From positions 1,088,001-1,152,000 of the forward strand of contig CAWDSK010000005.1 in assembly GCA_963804995.1 (NCBI GenBank): a stretch of DNA of 64,000 bases, given 5' to 3'. The translations under genes and the position numbers were made by a program. This DNA is from an uncultured Acidobacteriota bacterium (GTDB lineage: Bacteria > Acidobacteriota > Terriglobia > UBA7540). Under the pieces are notes generated by a model. The model did not search any database. It was given only the letters and a program-made list of their open reading frames with translations, and was not told the origin of the DNA. Shown one piece after another: positions 1-10,328 of the stretch. The stretch's first letter is position 1. Every line of letters starts with the position of its first letter.

Positions 1-317
1 CTTCTCGTATATCCGCGACTGGGTAGAGAAGAAGATTCGGTGCCACTTGGCGAGGGCCAGACAACGCCCAGGCTTCGGATGGAAGCGGTGGCGTAAGGAG
101 TGGCTGTATGGCACGCTCGGGCTCTTCCACGAGTACCGCGTGGTCCATCAGTCATCCTCCTGGGCAGCCGCCCCGACCCGATAGGCCCCATAACCCTTGC
201 CGTGAAGTGTGCAGGAACGCGTAGTGCGGGAAATCCGCACGCTACGTGTGATGTGGCGGGAGCTGGAAACGGGGCTCGGAGCTTTCTCGGAGCCGCCGCG
301 CCAGTTCCCGACCCTAC
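1..317 (+). mobile_element. Group II intron, 3' part (copy 1): end of the RT/maturase ORF (stop at 182-184), domains V and VI
   Basis: Positions 1-318 are identical to 39151-39468. Domain V hairpin ACGCGTAGTGCGGGAAATCCGCACGCTACGTGT at about 217-249. Ends ...CCCGACCCTAC (AY 3' end). Confidence 0.93.
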
Positions 318-3300
318 CTCTCTGACGAAGCTCTTTCACCCCGACGATCTGGAAAGAGTAGTGGGGGAACGCCAGCAGACGATTTCACGCGGCGTGCCAT
401 GGGATGCGGAAGTGCGGATACGCGGAAAAGACGGCGACTACCGCTGGTTCATAATCCGTCTCAACCCTCTGCGGGACGAGCAGGGACGCATCCTTCGGTG
501 GTATGGCACAAGTACCGACATCGAGGATCGCAAGCGGGCCGAAGAAACCTTGCGGGGGCAGGCAGATCTTCTCAATCTCACGCACGACGCCATTTTTGTA
601 GCGGATATGGAGGGGGTGATCAAGTACTGGAATCATGGCAGCGAGGAGCGGTACGGCTGGACCGCCGAGCAAGCGGTGGGCACAGTTGTTCACGACCTGC
701 TGAAGACAGTCTTCCCGGCGCCGCTGGAGCAAATCAAAACGGAAGTGATACGTAAAGGTCGCTGGGATGGCGAACTTGTGCATACCAAGAAGGACGGAAC
801 CCGGGTAGTGGTGGCGAGCCGTTGGTCTTTGCAGCGGGACAAGCAAGGCGCGCCAGTTGCCATCCTGGAAACCAACAACGATATCACGGACCGCAAGCGG
901 GCGGAGGAGGCGTTGCGTCGTTTGAACCGCGAACTGCGAGCGATCAGCAACTGTAACCAGATCCTCCTGCGCGCCACTGACGAGCAGAGCTTGCTCGAAG
1001 AAATCTGCCGGATCGTCTGCCAGGAGGCCGGTTACCGCATGGCGTGGGTGGCCTATGCCGAGCACGACGAGGCCAAGAGCGTGCGCCCTGCCGCGTGGAC
1101 CGGGACCGAGGAGGGATATCTCGCAAACCTCGGCATTACTTGGGCCGACACGGAGCGCGGGTGGAGCCCTACCGGGACAGCCATCCGCAGCGGGAAAAGT
1201 TGCTGCATTCAGGATTTCGCCACGGATCCCCGCCTGGCGCCCTGGCGGGAGAGCGTTTTGCAGCACGTTTTTCTTTCCGGCATCGCCCTGCCGCTTAAGG
1301 ACGAACACGCGAGCGCCTTCGGCAGTCTTAGCATTTATTCCGCACAGCCCAACGCTTTTACGTCGGAAGAGATTCGGCTGCTGGAGGAACTGGCTGGCGA
1401 CCTGGCGTTCGGCATCATCACCCTGCGATCGCGGGCCACTGGCGAACGGGCAGAGCTGGCTCTGCGGCAGAGTGAGGCTTATTTAGCGGAATCGCAGAGG
1501 CTGACCCACACGGGTAGTTGGGCTTTGGATTTGGCCAGCGACAAGTATGTCTACGTTTCGGAGGAGGACTTTAGACTTTGGGGATTTGATGCGCAAGAGG
1601 GTTTACCGTCGCGGGAAGCAGTTTTCCGACGAATCCACCCGGAGGATCGGGACAAGATGAGAGCGAGCTTTGAGAAGTCGCTTCGCGAAAAAGTAGATTC
1701 CTCCGACGAGTACAGGATCGTGCTGCCCGACGGAACGGTCAAACATGTTCACACCATCCGCCACCCTGTCCTGAATGGCGCGGGAGACCTCGTTAAATTG
1801 GTGGGCACATCAGTGGATATCACGGAACGCAAACAGGCGGAGGAAGCGCTGCGCGAGAGCGAGACGCGCTTTCGCACCTTTGTGGACCACGCCGCGGACG
1901 CCTTCTTCATCCTGGACTTCGAGCAAGGAACCATTATTGATGTGAACCGGAGCGCCTGCGAGAGCCTTGGTTATACGCGGCAGGAACTGATCGGGACGAT
2001 GGGGCTTGCCTTCGACCAGAACGTGGATCGAGCGGTTACGGAATCGATCGCGGAGCGGACGGCGGCGGGCGAAACCGTGATCGACACGCACTGGCATCAG
2101 CGCAAGGACGGGACGCTGTTCCCTGTGGAAGTACACACCAGCCAGTATTGGCGGGGAGGCCGTCGCTTCCTGCTGAAGGTAGCCCGGGACACCAGTGACC
2201 GTTTGCGGGCCGAGGAAGCGCGCGCCTACCTCGCCTCCATCGTGGAGTCCTCCGACGACGCGATAATCGGAAGATCCATGGAGGGGATCATTCAATCCTG
2301 GAACCGGGGCGCGGAGAGGCTCTATGGGTATACGGCCCAGGAGGCGATTGGCCAGCCGATCACCCTGGTGATTCCACCCGACCGTGCCCAAGAATTCGTG
2401 AGTAGCGACCGCCTCAAACGGGGAGAGCCGATTCAGGAGTTCGAAACCGTTCGGGTGGGGAAAGATGGCCGGCGAATCGATGTGTCAGTCATTATCTCCC
2501 CTATGAAGGACGCCGCCGGTCGCGTGCTCGGCGCCGCGACGGTCGCCCGCGACATCACCGAGCGCAAGCGCGCTCAGGAGGCACTGCGGAGAAGCGAGGC
2601 TTATCTGGCGGAAGGGCAGCGGCTGAGTCACACAAGCAGTTGGGCTTTCGATTTGGCCAGCAACAAGTATATCTACGTTTCGGAGGAAAACTTCCGAATT
2701 TTTGAAATGGATGCACAAGAGGGTCTACCGAACAGGGAAGCGATTTCCCGACTTATCCACCCGGAGGATTGGGACAGGGTGAACGAGGCCTTTGAGAAGT
2801 CGCTCCGCGAAAAAGTAGATGCCTCGAGCGAGTTCAGGATCGTGCTGCCCAGCGGAACGGTCAAACATCTTCAGGCGATCCGGCACCCAGTCCTGAATGA
2901 TGCGGGAGACGTCGTTGAACTGGTGGGTAGCGTGATCGATATTACGGAACGCAAGCGCGCCGAACAAGAGCGCGAGAGGCTGCGCCAACTCGAGGCGGAT
3001 CTCGCGCACCTCGACCGCGTAAGCATGATGGGGGAACTGGCAGCCTCCATCGCCCACGAAGTCAACCAGCCGCTTTCGGGCGTCGTGGTCAACGCCAATG
3101 CCTGCTTGCGTTGGCTGGCGGGAGATTCGCCCAATCTTGACGAAGCCCGGGAGACTGTCCGGCGTATCGTCCGCGACGGGAAGCGGGCGGGAGACGTGAT
3201 CGCCCGCATTCGGGCTCTGGCGACGAAAACAGCCACCACCAAGGAACGGCTGGATATGAACGAGGCCATTCGGGAGGTCGTGGCTTTTGCCCAGGACGAA

Positions 3301-3699
3301 GTCCGCAGGAATCGTGTGACCCTGCGAACCGAATTCGCGCCTGATCTCTCCCTGGTGTGGGGCGATCGAGTGCAGCTTCAGCAGGTGGCCCTTAACCTGG
3401 TCATGAACGCGGTCGAAGCCATGAGCAGCGTGGAAGAGCGGCCGCGAGAGCTGATCGTCAGAACGCAAAACGATGATGCCGGCCAGGTGCGGGTTACCGT
3501 CCAAGACTCGGGGATGGGGCTTGACCCGCAGAGCATGGAACGGATTTTTGATGCTTTCTACACCACCAAGCACGGGGGAATGGGCATGGGGCTCTCGATT
3601 AGTCGTTCCATTATCCAGAATCACGGGGGCAAGCTATGGGCGGTGGCGAATGACGGGCCAGGCATAAGCGTTCAGTTTACTATTCCCAAGTACCAATAG
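318..3699 (+). CDS. Multi-PAS/PAC + GAF sensor histidine kinase (FixL/NodV-like); 3' exon downstream of the intron, true N-terminus lies outside the window
   Basis: Repeated PAS/PAC motifs (HPDD/HPED...DITERK), a GAF segment, H-box ELAASIAHEVNQPL, and N/G boxes (NLVMNAVEA, DSGMG, GMGMGL). The first ~73 aa of ORF 100-3699 are intron read-through. Confidence 0.92.
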
Positions 3700-3708
3700 G
3701 AGTCCCCT

Positions 3709-4338
3709 TTGCCGGAGCCTGACGCATTAGTCTTGGTTGTGGACGACGACGTGTCGGTGCGCGAGGCTTTGGAAGGTTTGATTCGGTCCGCGGGATTGAG
3801 GGCCGAGACCTTTCGCTCGGCGCAGGAGTTTTTGGCTCGCCCGAGGGCCGATGTGCCAAGCTGCTTGGTATTGGATGTTCGGCTGCCGGGTCTGAGCGGG
3901 CTCGAGCTTCAGAAGCGCATGGCCGAGGCCAACCTGGAGATTCCGATTATTTTTATTACCGGCCACGGCAATGTTCCGGCTGCGGTGCAGGCCATGAAAG
4001 CGGGTGCGCAGGAGTTTCTTACCAAGCCCTTCACGGACCGGGACCTGTTAGACGCGATTCAAAAGGCGATAAATTGCGATCGGGTGGCGCGCCGGCATCA
4101 GGCAGAAATGCGCGAGTTGCGCGGCCGGTATGAATCCTTAACGCCGCGCGAACGAGAGGTTATGGAGCTGGTGGTCTCCGGGTTGCTGAATAAACAAGTG
4201 GCCGCTGAACTGGGGACCAGCGTGATTACGGTTAAAATTCAGCGCGGCCAGGTTATGCGCAAGATGCGGGCCGACTCTTTGGCCGACCTGGTGAGAATGT
4301 CCGAGAGCCTGGGGATACGGCGCGTGAAGAAATTGTAG
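3709..4338 (+). CDS. FixJ/NodW-like response regulator (REC + LuxR HTH)
   Basis: VVDDD, LDVRLPG and FLTKPF receiver motifs; LTPREREV...GLLNKQVA...TVKIQR HTH. Confidence 0.93.
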   Translation: MPEPDALVLVVDDDVSVREALEGLIRSAGLRAETFRSAQEFLARPRADVPSCLVLDVRLPGLSGLELQKRMAEANLEIPIIFITGHGNVPAAVQAMKAGAQEFLTKPFTDRDLLDAIQKAINCDRVARRHQAEMRELRGRYESLTPREREVMELVVSGLLNKQVAAELGTSVITVKIQRGQVMRKMRADSLADLVRMSESLGIRRVKKL

Positions 4339-4424
4339 GTCCGGGCCGCCCTCCTCCCCCCAGACGAACTTAATACCAAGGTGTGATAGACAAGGCCACT
4401 TGCCAGGGTGCTAAATGAACCTGT

Positions 4425-4814
4425 ATGGCGAAGGTTCCTCTAATTACGGTAGTTGATGACGACGAGTCGGTCCGTGAATCCCTGGACGGTTTATTGAGGT
4501 CCGTGGGGTTTGCGGCGAAGGTATTTGCTTCGGCCGAAGAGTTCTTGAATTCGGACCATCTGAGCGATATCGACTGCCTGTTGCTGGATGTGCGCCTGCC
4601 GGGCATGAACGGGATCGAACTCCACCATCACTTGGTGGCCAATCGCAGTGAGGTACCCGTTATCTTCATCACAGCCCATGGATCTGAGGAAGGGGTGCGC
4701 TCCCAGGCTTTGCGGAACGGCGCGGTGGATTATCTGATCAAGCCACTCAGTGAAGATACGGTGTTGAATGCGGTCCAGAAGGCTCTGAGCGCGAAGCAAC
4801 ATACCCAGGGATAA
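4425..4814 (+). CDS. Single-domain response regulator (REC only)
   Basis: VVDDD, LLDVRLPG, FITAH and YLIKP motifs; 129 aa. Confidence 0.9.
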   Translation: MAKVPLITVVDDDESVRESLDGLLRSVGFAAKVFASAEEFLNSDHLSDIDCLLLDVRLPGMNGIELHHHLVANRSEVPVIFITAHGSEEGVRSQALRNGAVDYLIKPLSEDTVLNAVQKALSAKQHTQG

Positions 4815-4915
4815 TCTTAATTCAAGAACCTATAACCATAGGTTATTGCGGGATTGATTAAACGCAGTGAGGTTTTCCTGTCAAACCCATTGGACAATCG
4901 TAGGGAGGCTTTCCC

Positions 4916-6394
4916 ATGAGTGACAGAGGCGCTCCAATCTACTTGGTAGACGACGATGTATCGGTGCGGGAATCGGTGGGAAGTCTGATTCGCTCCGCAG
5001 GATTCCGGGCGAAAACGTTCGCGTCGGCGCAGGAGTGTTTAGCCGGCCTGCAAGCTGAACAGCCGAGCTGTTTGGTACTGGATGTGCAGCTCCCGGGGCT
5101 AAGCGGACTCGATCTTCAACAAGAGCTTGCCAAGGCGGATGTGCAACTCCCGATTATTTTCCTGACCGGCCACGGCGACATTCCCATGTCCGTACGCGCC
5201 ATGAAAGCCGGCGCCCTGGAGTTCTTGACCAAGCCCTGTGACGGTGAAGATCTACTGAATGCTATCCGGCAGGGTATCGCTCGTCATCAGGCAGCCCGGC
5301 AGCCAAGTCAAAACCTGGCGCAGCATAGTTTTGACGGCAGCATCGGTGCGAGGGCAGAATCAAGCGATAAACTCGCGCCGGAAAAGCTCTACCTGGGGGA
5401 AGAAATCTGTCGGGAGGCGAACTTCGAAGGCATCGTGGGACAGAGTCCAGCCCTCCGGGAGGTGCTGAAACTCGTCGAAGTGGTGGCGGCAAGCGATTCG
5501 ACCGTGCTCGTGTTGGGAGAGACGGGCACCGGCAAGGAACTCATTGCGCGCGCTATTCACAATCGCAGCCTGCGCAAGCAACGAGGTTTTGTCAAGCTCA
5601 ACTGCGCCGCGGTGCCCAGCGGCTTGCTTGAGAGTGAACTGTTTGGCCACGAGCGCGGCGCCTTCACGGGCGCCATCACGCAAAGGGCCGGGCGGCTCGA
5701 AGTTGCAGATCAGGGTACGCTGTTCCTGGATGAGGTCGGGGACATCCCTTTGGAAATCCAACCGAAACTGCTGCGCGTATTGCAGGAGCGGGAATTCGAG
5801 CGATTGGGCAGTACGCGGACGAAGAAAGTTGACGTTCGGGTCGTGGCGGCAACCCATCGTGCCCTGGAAGAAATGATCGTGGAGAAGCAGTTTCGCCTCG
5901 ATCTCTACTACCGTCTGAATGTTTTCCCCATTCATATTCCACCCTTGCGCGAACGTCCGGAAGACATTCCGCTGCTCGTTTGTCATTTCGTCCGGCAATT
6001 CGCCCAGCGAATGAACAAGACCATTGATGGGATTTCTTGCGACACGATGGAGGCGCTGATTCGATACTCATGGCCGGGGAACATCCGGGAGCTGCAAAAC
6101 GTTATCGAACGATCAGTGATTGTTCACGTAAAAGGGAACCTCTCAGTCAAGCAGAGCTGGCTTGCTCACGAATGCCTCGCCACCGGATCGGCAACAGCGT
6201 CGTCCTTCAGAAAGTCGGTGAGGGAGGAGCGAAAAGTGATTGGCGCGGCCTTGGCCGAGACGCGCGGCCGAGTGTCGGGACCGTTGGGCGCGGCCGCCAA
6301 GCTGGGCATTCCTCCTTCGACTCTGGAATCGAAGATCCGAGCGATGAAGATCAACAAGCATAGCTTCAAGACCTTCAGTGCCGTTCCAAGCTAA
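4916..6394 (+). CDS. Sigma54-dependent transcriptional activator (REC + AAA+ + HTH, FhlA-like C-terminus)
   Basis: Walker [24 protein letters not shown], Walker [15 protein letters not shown]-terminal [12 protein letters not shown]. Confidence 0.93.
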   Translation: MSDRGAPIYLVDDDVSVRESVGSLIRSAGFRAKTFASAQECLAGLQAEQPSCLVLDVQLPGLSGLDLQQELAKADVQLPIIFLTGHGDIPMSVRAMKAGALEFLTKPCDGEDLLNAIRQGIARHQAARQPSQNLAQHSFDGSIGARAESSDKLAPEKLYLGEEICREANFEGIVGQSPALREVLKLVEVVAASDSTVLVLGETGTGKELIARAIHNRSLRKQRGFVKLNCAAVPSGLLESELFGHERGAFTGAITQRAGRLEVADQGTLFLDEVGDIPLEIQPKLLRVLQEREFERLGSTRTKKVDVRVVAATHRALEEMIVEKQFRLDLYYRLNVFPIHIPPLRERPEDIPLLVCHFVRQFAQRMNKTIDGISCDTMEALIRYSWPGNIRELQNVIERSVIVHVKGNLSVKQSWLAHECLATGSATASSFRKSVREERKVIGAALAETRGRVSGPLGAAAKLGIPPSTLESKIRAMKINKHSFKTFSAVPS

Positions 6395-6576
6395 TGAATC
6401 TCGGGGCGTTTGACTTTATTGCCTACCCGTATCGGGCGGAGGATGTGTGGATTCTAGGCACAGCGCTCCGCAGACGCCCTGAGCCTGCGCGGAAACCCAA
6501 GACTAACTCGGGGCGCGGAACCTCCGCCCAACCTTACTCGCCCAACCTTACTCCCCCCAGCTATCCAATCTAGGTA

Positions 6577-6669
6577 TTCGCGAACTTCGTGAATTCGCGA
6601 GAAGATTGCGGCGGTGAGATGCGCGAACCTTAGCGTTTTCAAGAGGTTGCAATTGGCGCTTGCATTGCA
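6577..6669 (+). promoter_or_regulatory. Sigma54 (-24/-12) promoter with candidate upstream activator sequence
   Basis: TGGCGCTTGCATTGCA at 6654-6669 (GG-N10-GC). Tandem palindromes TTCGCGAA-C-TTCGTGAA-TTCGCGAG at 6577-6601. Confidence 0.7.
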
Positions 6670-6741
6670 TTGATGAAGCTGAGGGACTGCCAGGAAGGTG
6701 TGAAGTGGGTTGTCCAGTTTTTAGCTAGCGAGGAGAAAAAC

Positions 6742-7506
6742 ATGTTACGCAAGTTAAGATACATTGTGGTGTTGGTCGTAGTTATGGCCGCCGTGCTTCT
6801 AGTGGGCGCGTGCAAGAAGAAGGTGGCAGCGCCACCTCCGCCGCCGCCCCCGCCGCCCGCACCGCCAGCCCCCACCGTCACACTGACTGCCGAGCCCAGC
6901 ACTATCGAACGTGGACAATCCGTCACCCTGAGCTGGACTTCGGAGAACGCCACCGACTTGGACCTGCAACCCGGGATCGGCAAGGTTCAAGCCCAGGGGT
7001 CACAGACCGCCACACCACAGGACTCAACCACTTATACCCTGACGGCCACCGGTCCGGGTGGAACCAATACCGCCACGGCGCGTGTGACGGTCACCATTCC
7101 GCCTCCGCCTCCGCCACCACCGCCGGCACCCAAGCCCGCGGAGTTGAGCGAGGAGCAGTTGTTTGAACAGTTCATCAAACCTGCGTACTTTGATTTTGAC
7201 AAGGCTGACATCCGCTCGGATGCGCAAGCAGCACTTACCTCCGACGGCGATTTCCTGAAAGAGCACACGAGTATCAAATTCACCATTGAAGGGAATTGCG
7301 ACGAGCGCGGGAGCGAAGAATACAACCTGGGCTTAGGCGATAGGCGCGCGACTTCGGCCAAGAATTTCCTGGTCAACCTCGGGGTGACAGCCGATCGGAT
7401 TTCCACCATTTCCTATGGAAAGAGCCGGCCGGTCTGTAGCGAGAGCACCGAGGAGTGCTGGCAGAAGAACCGCCGAGCAGGGTTCAGGCCCGGCACCAGT
7501 CAGTAG
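6742..7506 (+). CDS. pal: Peptidoglycan-associated lipoprotein (OmpA/Pal family) with Pro-rich linkers and a Thr-rich beta-type spacer domain
   Basis: AGGAG RBS before ATG 6742; lipobox LVGA-C; YFDFDK, GNCDERGSEEYNLGLGDRRA, ISYGKSRP, NRR. Confidence 0.88.
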   Translation: MLRKLRYIVVLVVVMAAVLLVGACKKKVAAPPPPPPPPPAPPAPTVTLTAEPSTIERGQSVTLSWTSENATDLDLQPGIGKVQAQGSQTATPQDSTTYTLTATGPGGTNTATARVTVTIPPPPPPPPPAPKPAELSEEQLFEQFIKPAYFDFDKADIRSDAQAALTSDGDFLKEHTSIKFTIEGNCDERGSEEYNLGLGDRRATSAKNFLVNLGVTADRISTISYGKSRPVCSESTEECWQKNRRAGFRPGTSQ

Positions 7507-7536
7507 GACTCAACCTTTCACCAAAGGAGAGACCAT

Positions 7537-8064
7537 ATGAAGAAGCAGTCAGAGTCAATAACGCAGCCGGTAAAGGAAGCCATGCCCATGAAGTTGCTCC
7601 CTGCCAGCAATCTGTTGCATCGTATCGAGGATCTGTCCAACTCGATTGCCCGGCGTGCCTTCGAGATCTTTGACGGCCGCGGGCGCGGGCATGGGCACGA
7701 CCTTGAAGATTGGCTCCGGGCAGAGTCCGAGCTGTTTCATCCGGTGCATCTCGACATCGCCCAATCGGATTATGCCTACACCGTTCATCTGGAGGTGCCG
7801 GGCTTCAGCGCCAAAGATCTCGCGGTCGGCGTAGAGCCCCATCGTCTTACCGTCAGTGGCACGCGTGAAGTCAACGAAGAACGTAAAAGCAAAAAGACCA
7901 TCTACTCGGAACACTGCCTGAACCAAATCTTCCGCACGATTGACTTGCCTGGCGACGTTGACTCGTCGAAGGTCACGGCCACACTCGAGGATGGAGTGCT
8001 GGAACTCTCGATGCCGAAGACCGCCAAGGCGGAGAAGGTCCGGGTGGAAGAAAAGCCGGCGTAA
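7537..8064 (+). CDS. Hsp20/alpha-crystallin small heat shock protein with a DUF2934-like N-terminal motif
   Basis: IARRAFEIF...DWLRAE; EVPGF; RTIDLPGDVD...ATLEDGVLELSMPK. Confidence 0.9.
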   Translation: MKKQSESITQPVKEAMPMKLLPASNLLHRIEDLSNSIARRAFEIFDGRGRGHGHDLEDWLRAESELFHPVHLDIAQSDYAYTVHLEVPGFSAKDLAVGVEPHRLTVSGTREVNEERKSKKTIYSEHCLNQIFRTIDLPGDVDSSKVTATLEDGVLELSMPKTAKAEKVRVEEKPA

Positions 8065-8144
8065 GGTTCCAAGTGCACCGAGCGTGCTTGGGTCAATCCA
8101 CCTCAGCCAAGGTGTGTACTTATGAAAGGAGAGGTCGATAAACC

Positions 8145-8472
8145 ATGCCGAAAATTGAACGGATTCTCTGTCCCATTGATTTCTCAGAATTTTCCGAGAA
8201 GGCTTATGACTATGCGCAGTCGCTGGCTTGGCATTACAAGGCAACTCGACAAACTGATTCCGCCGGAGGCAGCCAACGCCAAGAAGGTTAGAACCGTGGT
8301 GCGAATTGGCAGAGCCTACGAACAGATCATCCAACATGCCTCGGAGATTCAAGCCGACTTACTGATCATGGCAGTGCGTGGGCGCAACGCCTTGGATCTT
8401 GCGGTGTTTGGTTCCACAACCTATCGGGCGATCCAGTTAGGATCTTGCTCGGTGTTAGCAGTTCGCGTTTGA
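8145..8472 (+). pseudogene. Tandem universal stress protein with a large internal deletion and frameshift
   Basis: ATG 8145 reads MPKIERILCPIDFSEFSEKAYDYAQSLAWHYKA. At about 8243 it jumps frame into a C-terminal USP half (QLDKLIPP...GRNALDLAVFGSTT) that is paralogous to 17620-17850. Confidence 0.82.
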
Positions 8473-8616
8473 AAGCGCTGCGCACCGGTTGGGCAGGCAC
8501 GGTGTCCTGATGCCTATCTCCGGAATCAATCCCGGTGTTTGGAGACCTCCAGCCAAAAACGACATGAGGGAAAGGCTAACGATAAGGAAACAACTCAGCC
8601 CGGAGGGCAAGGATAA

Positions 8617-9050
8617 ATGATAAGTATTAGAAAAATCGGCGTCATGGGTCGCACGTATCGGCATGCCAAACGATACGCAGAAATACTCAACATTCTTATT
8701 AAATACGGCTTTGGGGATCTGGTTGACGATCTGAACATAAAACAGTACATCGAAATCGGCATTGAAAAGGTTACCGGAAAAGAGCCGGAGCGAATTGCAA
8801 AATTGTCCCGGCCGGACAGGGTCAGGATGACTTTGGAAGAGCTTGGACCGACCTTCGTCAAACTAGGCCAATTACTCTCCACGCGACCGGATCTTATTCC
8901 GTTGGAATATGTGCAGGAACTTTCCAAGCTCCAGGACAATGTACCACCCTTTCCTTATGACGAGGTAAGGGCGGCTGTCAAAGCGGAGACGGGCAAGTTC
9001 CCGGAAGAAATCTTTCACTCCATCCACAAAACGCCTATCGCCGCCGCCGC
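8617..9050 (+). pseudogene. ABC1/UbiB(AarF)-family kinase, N-terminal fragment
   Basis: LEELGPTFVKLGQLLSTRPDLIP...LSKLQDNVPPF...PIAAA, then loss of similarity. Confidence 0.85.
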
Positions 9051-9155
9051 GCTTCTCGGTGGATGGGCGCGCCAATGGAAATCATGACGCCGGAGATGCT
9101 TGCCGAATTGTACGGGGCTCCGCCCAAATACTACGGGCACATCCAGGAGCATTGA
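9050..9155 (+). pseudogene. C-terminal remnant of a metal ABC transporter ATP-binding subunit (ZnuC-like)
   Basis: Frame ending TGA 9153-9155 reads MGAPMEIMTPEMLAELYGAPPKYYGHIQEH, immediately before an ABC-3 permease. Confidence 0.55.
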
Positions 9156-9202
9156 ACGAAGCGTGGGCGGTTTGCTCATGGAAAGAAAAGGACAAATCCA
9201 GA

Positions 9203-9973
9203 ATGGACGCGAGCCAAATTTACGCGATAATGCTTGCCGGGCTTTTTGCCATCGCGGCGGGCCTGGTTGGATCTGTTGCCTTGATGAAGCGAATGGTGCT
9301 TGCCAGTGACGTAATGTCGCACTTGGCACTTCCCGGGCTCGGAATAGCTTTTCTTCTCAAAAGCAACCCGCTGGTTGGCGGGGGAGCGACTCTATTGCTG
9401 GGAACGCTCCTCGTTTGGCAACTCCAAAAGAAGACGGAACTGGCGACAGACGCTTTGATCGGTGTAATATTCGCCGCATGTCTCGGAATCGGCGCGCTCG
9501 TCACCCCGAATGAAGACCTGCTGGAAGCCCTCTTTGGCAATTTCCAGAAGTTGTCACTTGCCGGTTTCCTTCTCGGGGTAGCAGCCGTCATTCTGGTTGT
9601 CGCCTTCATCGCTGCCATGAAGGATCGATTGATCCTGGATCTTTTCTCTCACGACCTGGCTGCGGCAACCGGAGTGAAGGTGGCGTACCTGGACCTGGGG
9701 TTCTTGCTCGTGTTCAGCCTCACGATATTGGTCGGCCTGCGTTTTATGGGAGCATTACTGTCGAGTGCCTTGATTATCATTCCGGCCGCAACGGCGCGCC
9801 AGCTTACGGGCAGAATGGCACAATTTGTGGTTCTCGCCTCTGCGGTGAGCTTGATCTCAGTGGCAGCGGGGTTCCTCATCAGCACGCTGATTTTCAAGAC
9901 GTCGACAGTGGGCCCGACTATCGTGATCGTTTCCGTGCTCCTTTTTGTTATGAGCCTGGCTAAGAAGAAGTGA
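9203..9973 (+). CDS. Zn/Mn-type metal ABC transporter permease (ABC-3, ZnuB/MntB-like)
   Basis: SDVMSHLALPGLGIA, LFG, GALLSSALIIIPAATAR, GPTIV; hydrophobic throughout; ATG at 9203. Confidence 0.88.
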   Translation: MDASQIYAIMLAGLFAIAAGLVGSVALMKRMVLASDVMSHLALPGLGIAFLLKSNPLVGGGATLLLGTLLVWQLQKKTELATDALIGVIFAACLGIGALVTPNEDLLEALFGNFQKLSLAGFLLGVAAVILVVAFIAAMKDRLILDLFSHDLAAATGVKVAYLDLGFLLVFSLTILVGLRFMGALLSSALIIIPAATARQLTGRMAQFVVLASAVSLISVAAGFLISTLIFKTSTVGPTIVIVSVLLFVMSLAKKK

Positions 9974-10027
9974 ACTGCGGGTACCCAGGCTCAAATTTAT
10001 CATTGGGTCGAGGGGTAGCGGCTGAAG

Positions 10028-10269
10028 GTAGTGGTGTCATTTGGAAGTGCCACGGGCGTCCGAAGGTGTGAAAAAATACCATTTTCACCGCTGAGACGCT
10101 GAGACGCGGAGAAATGACCCTTTGTTTTCAAACCTCTGCGCCTCCGCGTCTCCGCGGTGAAAGGTTTGATGGGATTTTTTCACAGCTTCTCCCGCCCGTG
10201 AAGGGTCACGGCCAAGACCCCGATGGATCGGGGCAAGGTCGGCCGTGCCACACCAAATGACACCACTAC
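10028..10269. repeat. Nested miniature inverted-repeat (MITE/REP) composite
   Basis: Perfect 17-bp IR GTAGTGGTGTCATTTGG/CCAAATGACACCACTAC. Inside: a GTGCCACGGGCGTCC..CGCCCGTG..GGCCGTGCCAC element, interrupted by GAAGGTGTGAAAAA..TTTTTCACAGCTTC (10062-10189, TCC duplicated), which contains a TTCACCGC..GCGGTGAA palindrome. Confidence 0.85.
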
Positions 10270-10328
10270 ACGGAAATTCAGGCGAAGGAAGACGGCAAGG
10301 GATGCTTTGACTCAAGGGGTTTGGCGCA

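Noticed and set aside
100..317. N-terminal 73 aa of the 1199-aa ORF
   Set aside because: This is intron sequence read through by chance; the same peptide appears at 39250-39467.
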